Positions 55,417 to 63,110 of a stretch of 64,000 bases of DNA are shown here, piece after piece. The position numbers were made by a program, and so were the translations under genes. The notes under the pieces were generated by a model. That model made no database searches. It was not told the DNA's origin and saw only the letters and a list, made by a program, of their open reading frames with translations. The DNA is taken from the IMG/VR virus record IMGVR_UViG_3300035208_008180; one strand, given 5' to 3'. Source of the stretch: a virus. Its lineage: Duplodnaviria; Caudoviricetes. The stretch's first letter is position 1; every line of letters begins with the position of its first letter.

Positions 55417-55696
55417 CTTCGCACTCCTTTTGGCGGTAGATTTCTACGTCATCGGGTCCATTGTAAATGATTGTATACTTCATTCCGTGAATAGTTATGG
55501 GAATTGCTTCCCCACTCTTCGGACTATCTATAACAGATCGAGACACAGGAGCAACAGGCATATGTGTAATGGATGGCTCTTTTGATTTTCCATTGATGAC
55601 AGCAAAAATGACCGGCACCAACAACGCAAGCAAAATGCCAGCAATAGTAATTACTACCAACAATTCAACTAACGTAAATGCTTTTCTACTCTTCAT
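55373..55696 (-). CDS. Prepilin-type N-terminal cleavage/methylation protein
   Basis: True start MKSRKAFTLVELLVVITIAGILLALLVPV. Confidence 0.85.
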   Translation of the reverse strand: MKSRKAFTLVELLVVITIAGILLALLVPVIFAVINGKSKEPSITHMPVAPVSRSVIDSPKSGEAIPITIHGMKYTIIYNGPDDVEIYRQKECEDATNSSTNRKAVEK

Positions 55697-56213
55697 TGGT
55701 AAACTCGTAGGTTCGGTTCCATACTGAGCCTTTGACGATCCAAACGTCATCGGGGTTATCTCGGTTACGCACAATGTAATCGCCACTGTGCCCTGTTTGA
55801 CGGAATGAGCCATCAGCTTGGCGGTCGCCCCACAATGCCTTGATGTAGAATTCGCCCGTCTCATTCAACTCAATATAACAGGCGTCTCGAATAGCCTCAG
55901 GCTTGGGCTCAAAGGTCGTCCACCCCTCTTCGTCAACATGGGTCGGAACATAAGACTTGTGGAGAGTGGCATTATCTTGCTGCCACACATCATTACAGGG
56001 TCCAAGGCAGACCATAGAATTAGCCTTGAGCATCTGAGTGCCTTCCAGAGTATCCAAGAGAAACTTGGTGATTACCCTGGGATCAGTGAGCAATGCCCTC
56101 ATGGGCTTTGCCTGCAACGATTTGGTTTTCTTAGCCGTTTTGAAAGACAGACTGGATGGGTCTATTGTTTCACCCACATCTGCCGAATAGGCAGCAGCTT
56201 CAAGCTCAAGCAT
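55686..56213 (-). CDS. PGDYG-like hypothetical protein
   Basis: TLEG...G.SGDYIV...WIVK..VWNRTY. Confidence 0.65.
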   Translation of the reverse strand: MLELEAAAYSADVGETIDPSSLSFKTAKKTKSLQAKPMRALLTDPRVITKFLLDTLEGTQMLKANSMVCLGPCNDVWQQDNATLHKSYVPTHVDEEGWTTFEPKPEAIRDACYIELNETGEFYIKALWGDRQADGSFRQTGHSGDYIVRNRDNPDDVWIVKGSVWNRTYEFTNEE

Positions 56214-56321
56214 GATTTTTCTCCGTAAAAGGCTTCTTTAACCACCCCCATTATACTTCAGAAAACGGGGTTGTAAACTACCCATAGCGGAAAAATTGCC
56301 GTATGAAAGGGGGGTGTGATC

Positions 56322-56816
56322 CTATGGAAACGGAATGACTTCATGCCGATCATGCCTATACCAGTATTGCCCCAAAGCTTCTTCAAAACCTCCACAGACT
56401 CGCCATTTTTCATTAGCCCACGTTAATGATACGCTATCAACTGGCGGTTTTTTTCTGGCCTTGTCGGCAAATGGCAAAAGATACTTGGGCAGTTTTTTAT
56501 TTCTTCTGGCAAGTACGTCGTTTACATAACCAGGAAGCCTGCCTTCAAAGTCACGCACAAAATCAGTTTCTCCTGGTCTTGGTTCATATACGCTGTATAT
56601 TCCAATGATTTTGTTATATCGCTTTACCAAATATATTTTCGCCCCATCTTTGGGATCGATTCCCTCCACAGAAATAGTGAAGCCATACTTTTGTTCCAAG
56701 TATTTAGAAAAATTTTCTGCACCGGGCAATTCTATTTTATTGGTCTTTGGACCAATCGCACCAGATGCTTTCCATATTTTTTTAAATCTGTTGTCGTTTG
56801 CTTTGCTTGTGTTCAT
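56322..56816 (-). CDS. hypothetical protein
   Basis: 164 aa ORF. Confidence 0.65.
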   Translation of the reverse strand: MNTSKANDNRFKKIWKASGAIGPKTNKIELPGAENFSKYLEQKYGFTISVEGIDPKDGAKIYLVKRYNKIIGIYSVYEPRPGETDFVRDFEGRLPGYVNDVLARRNKKLPKYLLPFADKARKKPPVDSVSLTWANEKWRVCGGFEEALGQYWYRHDRHEVIPFP

Positions 56817-57012
56817 TGAGCTTCCTACATACGTTGATAAGCGTATTTAAAGAGGCAGAGCGGTGATACCCTCCGCAGTATTTACACTTGTAAACTGTCT
56901 GATTTTTGCAAATAGCCGCTTCTTCAGTGGTGTATCTTTTTTTGCGGCCACAAGCCCGAAGACGACGATTATTTTGTTTGGCTATTTCTGCAAAATGAGC
57001 ATATTTATTCAT
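56782..57012 (-). CDS. small zinc-binding protein
   Basis: C..KKRY...YKCKYCGGYH. Confidence 0.65.
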   Translation of the reverse strand: MNKYAHFAEIAKQNNRRLRACGRKKRYTTEEAAICKNQTVYKCKYCGGYHRSASLNTLINVCRKLNEHKQSKRQQI

Positions 57013-57899
57013 AAATCTACCATTACATCTACTCGTTGGCCGGGAAGTAAATTACAATTTTTTAAAGAGAGCCAAAATTCTCTGGTCTTTGTATCTGTTT
57101 TTTCAGAGGGCATATCAGAAAATAATACCTTTCTTCCTAAAAAAGGTGCTGCCTGAGTTACAATTGCTTTTATTGGTTGGAAATTATCAAATGTAATTTT
57201 AGCAGATTGTCCTACTTTTATTAAAGAGGCATCAAGTTCATCAACATAAGCCCTGACTCGTAATTCTGAAATATCTGCCATTATAATTAATGGCATTTGA
57301 GAGGTGGCAATTTCTCCAATTCTGGCATCTATTTTTAGAATTTTGCCATCTATTGGTGCTTCTATTTTTGTGTGGTCTAATTTTATTTGTGCCAATTGTA
57401 TTTGGGATTTTGATATTTCTATTTGTGACTTGGCAACATCAATCTCTGCCCTCAAAGAATCGTAGGAACATTTTAATATGTCCATACCCTCTTCAGACAA
57501 TACTTTCTTCTTGTTTAATATAATCCCTCTTTCCAAATTCAACTTTGCCAACTTTAGTTGTGCCTCTTTAGCCTGTAACAATCCTTTGTTTGCTAATTCC
57601 TGAACTATAGCCAACTCTTTCTCGAAAAAATATTGTCTGGCATCTATTTCTAGTAAAACATCTCCTTTTTTTACTAATTGATTTTCCCGAACAGGAATGC
57701 TTTTTATCTGCCCGGAGATTAGGACACACAAATATGTGTTCTCCGTTTTTCCTTCGATTCTGCCTGAAGCAAAAACACATTGTTTTTGTGGTAGCGGCGG
57801 TCTCACAATAGCAGGGCTGCTATTGTGATCTATTAAAAATGCTATACCTAATATGACGCCAATACATAAAACAAAAAAAGCAATTATTTTACCACGCAT
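57009..57899 (-). CDS. HlyD-family membrane fusion (periplasmic adaptor) protein
   Basis: N-terminal TM, ISGQI..I.V.E...VKKGDVL, coiled coil, IEAPIDGKI, LLPG..V.V. Confidence 0.88.
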   Translation of the reverse strand: MRGKIIAFFVLCIGVILGIAFLIDHNSSPAIVRPPLPQKQCVFASGRIEGKTENTYLCVLISGQIKSIPVRENQLVKKGDVLLEIDARQYFFEKELAIVQELANKGLLQAKEAQLKLAKLNLERGIILNKKKVLSEEGMDILKCSYDSLRAEIDVAKSQIEISKSQIQLAQIKLDHTKIEAPIDGKILKIDARIGEIATSQMPLIIMADISELRVRAYVDELDASLIKVGQSAKITFDNFQPIKAIVTQAAPFLGRKVLFSDMPSEKTDTKTREFWLSLKNCNLLPGQRVDVMVDL

Positions 57900-57901
57900 G
57901 G

Positions 57902-58693
57902 TCAATAATTCATCCAAAGATTTTCAGTTACTACTGTTTTTTTACGAGTAGCAGCACCCTTTAGTTCCGCACCCCTGCCAATTGACAATTTTTTGTAGCC
58001 TTTTAGCTCTTTGGCATAAAGGTCCGTTTCATAACCACTAAGAGCCCATCTGAAAGACACACTCTTTAACATCAATAATAACACAGAATGATCGATTTGT
58101 CCATAATACTCATCCGATGTTTCGTGATAGGGCGGATCAAGATAAACAAAATCTTTGGGACCATAGGTAGTCCAGGGAAGATTTTGCCAATGAAGAGAGG
58201 TAATTTTCACGCCCTGAGCAGACAGCAATTCCTTTGCCATTGCAGCACGGGGAATATATTTGTCTCTAGTAAAAGGTGGATGTGACCCCATTTTGCCTTC
58301 TGGAGCTTCATACCCCAAATTAGCACCAGCCGACCAACCTTTTCCACCCCATGTAATTTCAGGCTCCAAAACAACACCAAGAGGGTTTTCTTTCTCTGCT
58401 TGTTTTTGCCAATGCTGAAAACTTTTTTTAGACGTAATAGATTTAGGGAGTTTTTCCAAGTCAGCGGCTAAAAGAGAGTTGAAAAAGTTTCCCCGCAAGT
58501 CATTGATATGCCATTCTTGGAAATCTAATTCCTGCTTGGCTTTGAAAAACACATTACCCCGCCCAGCAAAAGGCTCTACATAAATTCTTCCTTCTTTAGG
58601 GAAATGGGCAAGCAACCAATTGCGTAATCGACTTTTGCCCCCTACTGTGCGAAATGACGGTGTTTTCATTCCCATCCATTGTTTAAAATCCAT
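57902..58693 (-). CDS. dam: DNA adenine methylase with FxxW tag
   Basis: MDFKQWMG then VGGKSRL, YVEPFAGRG, YLDPPY, WALSGY, ENLWMNY; CTATATAAAAT upstream. Confidence 0.9.
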   Translation of the reverse strand: MDFKQWMGMKTPSFRTVGGKSRLRNWLLAHFPKEGRIYVEPFAGRGNVFFKAKQELDFQEWHINDLRGNFFNSLLAADLEKLPKSITSKKSFQHWQKQAEKENPLGVVLEPEITWGGKGWSAGANLGYEAPEGKMGSHPPFTRDKYIPRAAMAKELLSAQGVKITSLHWQNLPWTTYGPKDFVYLDPPYHETSDEYYGQIDHSVLLLMLKSVSFRWALSGYETDLYAKELKGYKKLSIGRGAELKGAATRKKTVVTENLWMNY

Positions 58694-58708
58694 ATTTTAT
58701 ATAGTAAA

Positions 58709-59692
58709 TTATCGCAATTTACTGGATCGGAAACTCTCCTTTGCTATATCATGGTTATAGATTATTGTTATTTGGGGGTTTTGTGGCGTATATCGGGAAT
58801 GATACTGACACCAAGCCCCATGATAGGCATTGGGAATAAACCCCCACCCAGAGGATGATGAGTAAATAGCAATTGGATGTGTGAATACTACCTGATAACC
58901 GCCACCATTACGAGTGTATACTTTTTCATTTGGAAACATTTCGTGAACGGCAGCATAACAATATGACCAGAACTCATTGTGAGATTGGCAGCAATATACT
59001 GTGCAATCACAAGAATGAGATCGATGTTTCTGAACGTAGTTTTTCCACCACTCTGCCCAAACGTCTCTTTGCTGAACCACCGCCTTTATAGGCTTTGGCT
59101 TGATAGGCTGAAGTTTTGGCAACTCCACACGGGGAGTTTCCTTGGCTCGCTGTTTTATTTCGCCATCAATTTTTTTGTGCCATTTTTCAATATCCTTGAC
59201 AGCAATCTCGGCAGCCTCTTGCTGGCTCAACGATCTGGCAATGCCTTCTTCGGGCAAAGTAGGTGCGTCGATAAACTTCTTTACCTCATCCTCTCTCGCC
59301 TTGCGATGTGCTTCAAAAACATCTTGATTTACCACATGTCGCAAATATTCTGCCTCTTTCTTGGCCTTCTTAATACAAACATCTACTTGATGTAACTCGC
59401 TGGCCAAGTATCTGGCTACTTCGTCTTTGCCAAGGTCTTCAATGGATTTAAAACCTTTGGCTTCAAAAGTACGTATGAGTGTTTCTCGATCAATTTCCAA
59501 TTTTTTAATCAATTGGACCACATCCTCCAACTTTTGATTGGAAGATTTTTCCACCGGAGCAACACATTTGGTTGCAGGGGGCGGATCATGCGTCGTCTGC
59601 ATTTTCTGGCAAGGAAGTCTCCAATCCTGGTCGCAACCCACCGCAAATACACAAAGCACAATCAAGCAAAAACGTTTCATGGTTTTCTCCAA
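58709..59692 (-). CDS. putative lipoprotein
   Basis: MKRFCLIVLCVFAVGC lipobox. Confidence 0.6.
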   Translation of the reverse strand: MEKTMKRFCLIVLCVFAVGCDQDWRLPCQKMQTTHDPPPATKCVAPVEKSSNQKLEDVVQLIKKLEIDRETLIRTFEAKGFKSIEDLGKDEVARYLASELHQVDVCIKKAKKEAEYLRHVVNQDVFEAHRKAREDEVKKFIDAPTLPEEGIARSLSQQEAAEIAVKDIEKWHKKIDGEIKQRAKETPRVELPKLQPIKPKPIKAVVQQRDVWAEWWKNYVQKHRSHSCDCTVYCCQSHNEFWSYCYAAVHEMFPNEKVYTRNGGGYQVVFTHPIAIYSSSSGWGFIPNAYHGAWCQYHSRYTPQNPQITIIYNHDIAKESFRSSKLR

Positions 59693-59819
59693 AAAAATAT
59701 CCGCAACTCTGGGGTAGAGCAGCGGAACCTATTTCACCCAATATTCAATGTAATACATTCCGCCCAATTGTCAATAGTTGCTCGGAAAACACTTCCGCAA
59801 CATATTGACACAAAAGGAC

Positions 59820-60344
59820 TTACTTCCAAACCCCCCTGTGGTTTTTCTGAGCTTCTTTTTGAGCAGCGGCAAAATCTTTTCGATTTACCGTGGTTTTTGC
59901 CAATCCTGCTCGCAATTGTTCTATGCAGCAATTGTTACCGTTTTCAGCATAGACAATACCAGCATACCTTCCCCAGCTTTCAAGGACTTCGACTCGCACA
60001 TCATCATTGGGAGAAACAATTTTAGAAAGATTTTCTTGAGCCTGTTTGCCAACTGTAGGAGGTATTTCGAGACCATAGAGATACAAATCACTTTCTCTAC
60101 GGCCAAACAATCCAGCCCTCACAGTTAGATGATTGCCTCCCTCTACACTCACAACTGCTTCTGTGCCAATAAGTGTTTCTTCTTTGTGTCTGCTAAAAAT
60201 GCGATTAGAACAAGCGGCCCACCCCAAGATGAAGCAGAAAATGTATGGAAAGGATTTTCTGGCATAAGGATAAACGAATTTTACAAATGACCAGCACCAG
60301 CCAGCGATTGTAAGAACTAGATTGACAATAGATACCCAACCCAT
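59820..60344 (-). CDS. Membrane-anchored thermonuclease (SNase)-like protein
   Basis: LYGLEIP, WGRYAGIV, EQLRAGLA, AQKEAQKNHRGVW. Confidence 0.75.
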   Translation of the reverse strand: MGWVSIVNLVLTIAGWCWSFVKFVYPYARKSFPYIFCFILGWAACSNRIFSRHKEETLIGTEAVVSVEGGNHLTVRAGLFGRRESDLYLYGLEIPPTVGKQAQENLSKIVSPNDDVRVEVLESWGRYAGIVYAENGNNCCIEQLRAGLAKTTVNRKDFAAAQKEAQKNHRGVWK

Positions 60345-60537
60345 AATTCACCTCATAAAAAAAAAGCCATCCCAAGGAATGGCTTTGTATTTTCAAAAAA
60401 TAAGGGCCAGTGTTTAATTCCCTTGTTCGACACAGTGCTTTTCCCTCCTGGCCCTTGCCCATTGCTAAATAGCAAATCTGGGCTCTTTATTAGTTCGGGA
60501 TTGCATACCATGTCAGGTTATACACTATATATGCGGC

Positions 60538-60756
60538 TCAGCCCCCTTTCGCTTGCCAATAAAAAGCAATCAGCGTACAAACACCAGTTGCAACAGCTAT
60601 AACAGGCAACAGAAGGACAGCACAACCCGATAATACTGTTAGGGTTACAATAAAATCCTTGTCCTGCTTTTGTTTTTGTTTAAAATACCACCAAAGATAG
60701 GTAGTAACCAAACAAATAACCAATGATACGATTCCTACGCCTTGGAGCATCGTCAT
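60538..60756 (-). CDS. small membrane protein
   Basis: Two hydrophobic segments. Confidence 0.55.
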   Translation of the reverse strand: MTMLQGVGIVSLVICLVTTYLWWYFKQKQKQDKDFIVTLTVLSGCAVLLLPVIAVATGVCTLIAFYWQAKGG

Positions 60757-61388
60757 TTAGCACCCCCTTCTTCTGTTTCCTTAGTTTTCTTTTTTGCCCA
60801 AATACCTCTGTGTGCTTTTTGGGCTTCTTTTTGGGCTGCTAAGAGTGCGTTATTATCTTTCTCCACAGAGACTTTGGCCAATCCAGCTTTCAATTGTTCC
60901 AAACAACAATTCTCGCCACTCTTAGAATATGGCAATCCTGAAATATCTCCAAATTTATCCTCTACCCACCCTTCAGCACCTTCTTTAATTTCCACACGAA
61001 TTTCATCATCAGCAGAAATTAATTGTTCCAAATTAACTTTTGCTTCTTTTTCCACCTCTGCCGGTATGGATATTCCCCAAAGCGTACAATTTTTGGTTCG
61101 CCGTGAACGATCACGTATTCCAGCTTTTAACTTGATAACATTACCACTATCTACAGTGACAACAACCTCAGTTTTTGTCACTGTTTTTCCAAAAAACTTA
61201 TCAATAGTGTTCCTGATTTTATGGCAACCCCACATCCCAAAAAGCAAACTGGCCAGGGAGATTAGAATTGGTGCCAACACCAACAGGGATATAAATTGTT
61301 TTTGAGCCCTTCTTCGCTTATAATCCCAAACTGCCCAACCAACTAGAAAGGCAATAAACAAAAGAACTAAAACGTCATAAATACTCAT
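60753..61388 (-). CDS. Membrane-anchored SNase-like protein (paralog)
   Basis: LWGISIP, DKFG, NCCLEQLKAGLA, AQKEAQKAHRGIW. Confidence 0.75.
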   Translation of the reverse strand: MSIYDVLVLLFIAFLVGWAVWDYKRRRAQKQFISLLVLAPILISLASLLFGMWGCHKIRNTIDKFFGKTVTKTEVVVTVDSGNVIKLKAGIRDRSRRTKNCTLWGISIPAEVEKEAKVNLEQLISADDEIRVEIKEGAEGWVEDKFGDISGLPYSKSGENCCLEQLKAGLAKVSVEKDNNALLAAQKEAQKAHRGIWAKKKTKETEEGGAK

Positions 61389-61735
61389 TACCAGCCTCCT
61401 TCCGACCTTATTTGTGATTTCAAAATCACTGTTTCTGGGCTACAGCGATCTGTTAAATTTCGACCATACAAACTGAACAACAAAGCGGCGGCGTCTTCGC
61501 CAAAATCACGAAAATCATTGAACATAATGGTGTAAAATTCAGTTTCAAAAGTGTTTTTAGCATCCAATAACTTGGTGTTCTTTTGAATTTCTTTCACCAT
61601 TTCGTCTCTGCCATCCCACTCAAACAGCGATTTTACAGCCTCATCTGGCAGATATTCCTTATCGGATAATATCTGCCAGATGATCGTAAAACTTGCTGAG
61701 CTTGAATTAGACACAAAGCCTGTTCTAATTTTCAT
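61388..61735 (-). CDS. GFVSNSS-family protein 4
   Basis: MKIRTGFVSNSSSASF. Confidence 0.85.
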   Translation of the reverse strand: MKIRTGFVSNSSSASFTIIWQILSDKEYLPDEAVKSLFEWDGRDEMVKEIQKNTKLLDAKNTFETEFYTIMFNDFRDFGEDAAALLFSLYGRNLTDRCSPETVILKSQIRSEGGW

Positions 61736-62109
61736 TAATAATCTTCTTCCTGATAGTATGTATCCTTTTGTTTGCGAACTTTACTGATATACTCCCCGAT
61801 TAGCTCGCCAGCAAAATATGTGATATCTTCAGCGAATTCAAGCTTTTCAGATGCATCAAATGCTGCCTGTAAAGCTTTTGCTTTAAACATATCAGCTATC
61901 CACTCATCGCCACCCTCGCCAGAAATGTAATTGAGTACAATGGCATCTTGTCCCAATACTTTTCTTTTTTTCAAGCCACTATAGCCTGACATTGCCTTGG
62001 CTTTTAATTCGCCAAGTTTTTCAAGTGCCGCTGCGTGGCTAGTTGGGGTAGTAATAACCAAAAAACTTGTCGTACTGCTGTTGGACACAAATCCTGTTCT
62101 AAATTTCAT
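61735..62109 (-). CDS. GFVSNSS-family protein 3
   Basis: MKFRTGFVSNSSTTSF. Confidence 0.85.
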   Translation of the reverse strand: MKFRTGFVSNSSTTSFLVITTPTSHAAALEKLGELKAKAMSGYSGLKKRKVLGQDAIVLNYISGEGGDEWIADMFKAKALQAAFDASEKLEFAEDITYFAGELIGEYISKVRKQKDTYYQEEDY

Positions 62110-62118
62110 GATATTCTC

Positions 62119-62478
62119 CTAATCGTGATAGGCTTCTTGATGAGTTTCACATTCAACTTTCTTGCCGCACATTTTTTCCACAAGGGCTTCTACACGATCT
62201 TTGAATTGTCTACCTGTTTCATTATCGTCCACGTCGCTCCAAGACTTTCCAATATAACAAGGCCAGTCACTATCAGGATGGTGATATTCTAGTCCTAATT
62301 CTTGAGTTTTCTTTTCCAAAATTTCATAAAGCTCATCACCATAATCATCTTCGTCGTAATTTTCTTCCTGATCCTTGTTCAGAAACATAGCCTCCAAAAC
62401 ATCGCAATCTATGGCTGCACCATAAATACAAAAACTGCTGGTTGAACTGTTAGACACAAATCCCATTCGTAATTTCAT
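62119..62478 (-). CDS. GFVSNSS-family protein 2
   Basis: MKLRMGFVSNSSTSSFCIYG. Confidence 0.85.
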   Translation of the reverse strand: MKLRMGFVSNSSTSSFCIYGAAIDCDVLEAMFLNKDQEENYDEDDYGDELYEILEKKTQELGLEYHHPDSDWPCYIGKSWSDVDDNETGRQFKDRVEALVEKMCGKKVECETHQEAYHD

Positions 62479-62493
62479 TTTAATTATCCTTGT

Positions 62494-62790
62494 TTAACCA
62501 TTATACCAAGCGTCTATATGAGTTGCACATGCAACTTTTTTACCGCATAAGTTTTCTATAAGGGCTTCGACACGGGCTTTAAATTGATTTCCTGTTTCAT
62601 CGCCACCAATATCTGCCCAACATAATCCGACATAATAATTATCATATGGTCGATAACATTCAAGCCCAGCTTCTTCCGCTGCTGCGTAGACATCATCATC
62701 CTCGGGCAAATCTTTTTTGTCTACCCTGGCACCATAAATGCAAAAACTGCTCGTAGAGCTATTGGATACAAACCCCATTCGTAATTTCAT
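62494..62790 (-). CDS. GFVSNSS-family protein 1
   Basis: MKLRMGFVSNSSTSSFCIYG. Confidence 0.85.
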   Translation of the reverse strand: MKLRMGFVSNSSTSSFCIYGARVDKKDLPEDDDVYAAAEEAGLECYRPYDNYYVGLCWADIGGDETGNQFKARVEALIENLCGKKVACATHIDAWYNG

Positions 62791-63110
62791 TTTTGTTTCT
62801 CCACTTTCATTTTTGTTTCCACCCCATCTCCTATCGAAGTATGGGTGATGGTTAAATATTTTGGATGATAGTAAATTTTGTTTACAACCCCTAATTTTAA
62901 ATTAATGGGAATATTGTAATAACAACGTAGTTTGGTAATGCGGCCATCATCAAAATAAAAAAACACTGCTGTGACTGAGTTATCCTCAGGCACACACTGT
63001 ATTTTTTCTAATTTGCCTTCGCACATCGAGTCTTCGGTTATTGATGGCGAAACGCTACCCGATTTGCAACCAACTAATAGCACAAGAGCCAAAAGACTAA
63101 ATCTCCACAT
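62787..63110 (-). CDS. putative lipoprotein
   Basis: MWRFSLLALVLLVGC lipobox. Confidence 0.7.
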   Translation of the reverse strand: MWRFSLLALVLLVGCKSGSVSPSITEDSMCEGKLEKIQCVPEDNSVTAVFFYFDDGRITKLRCYYNIPINLKLGVVNKIYYHPKYLTITHTSIGDGVETKMKVEKQK

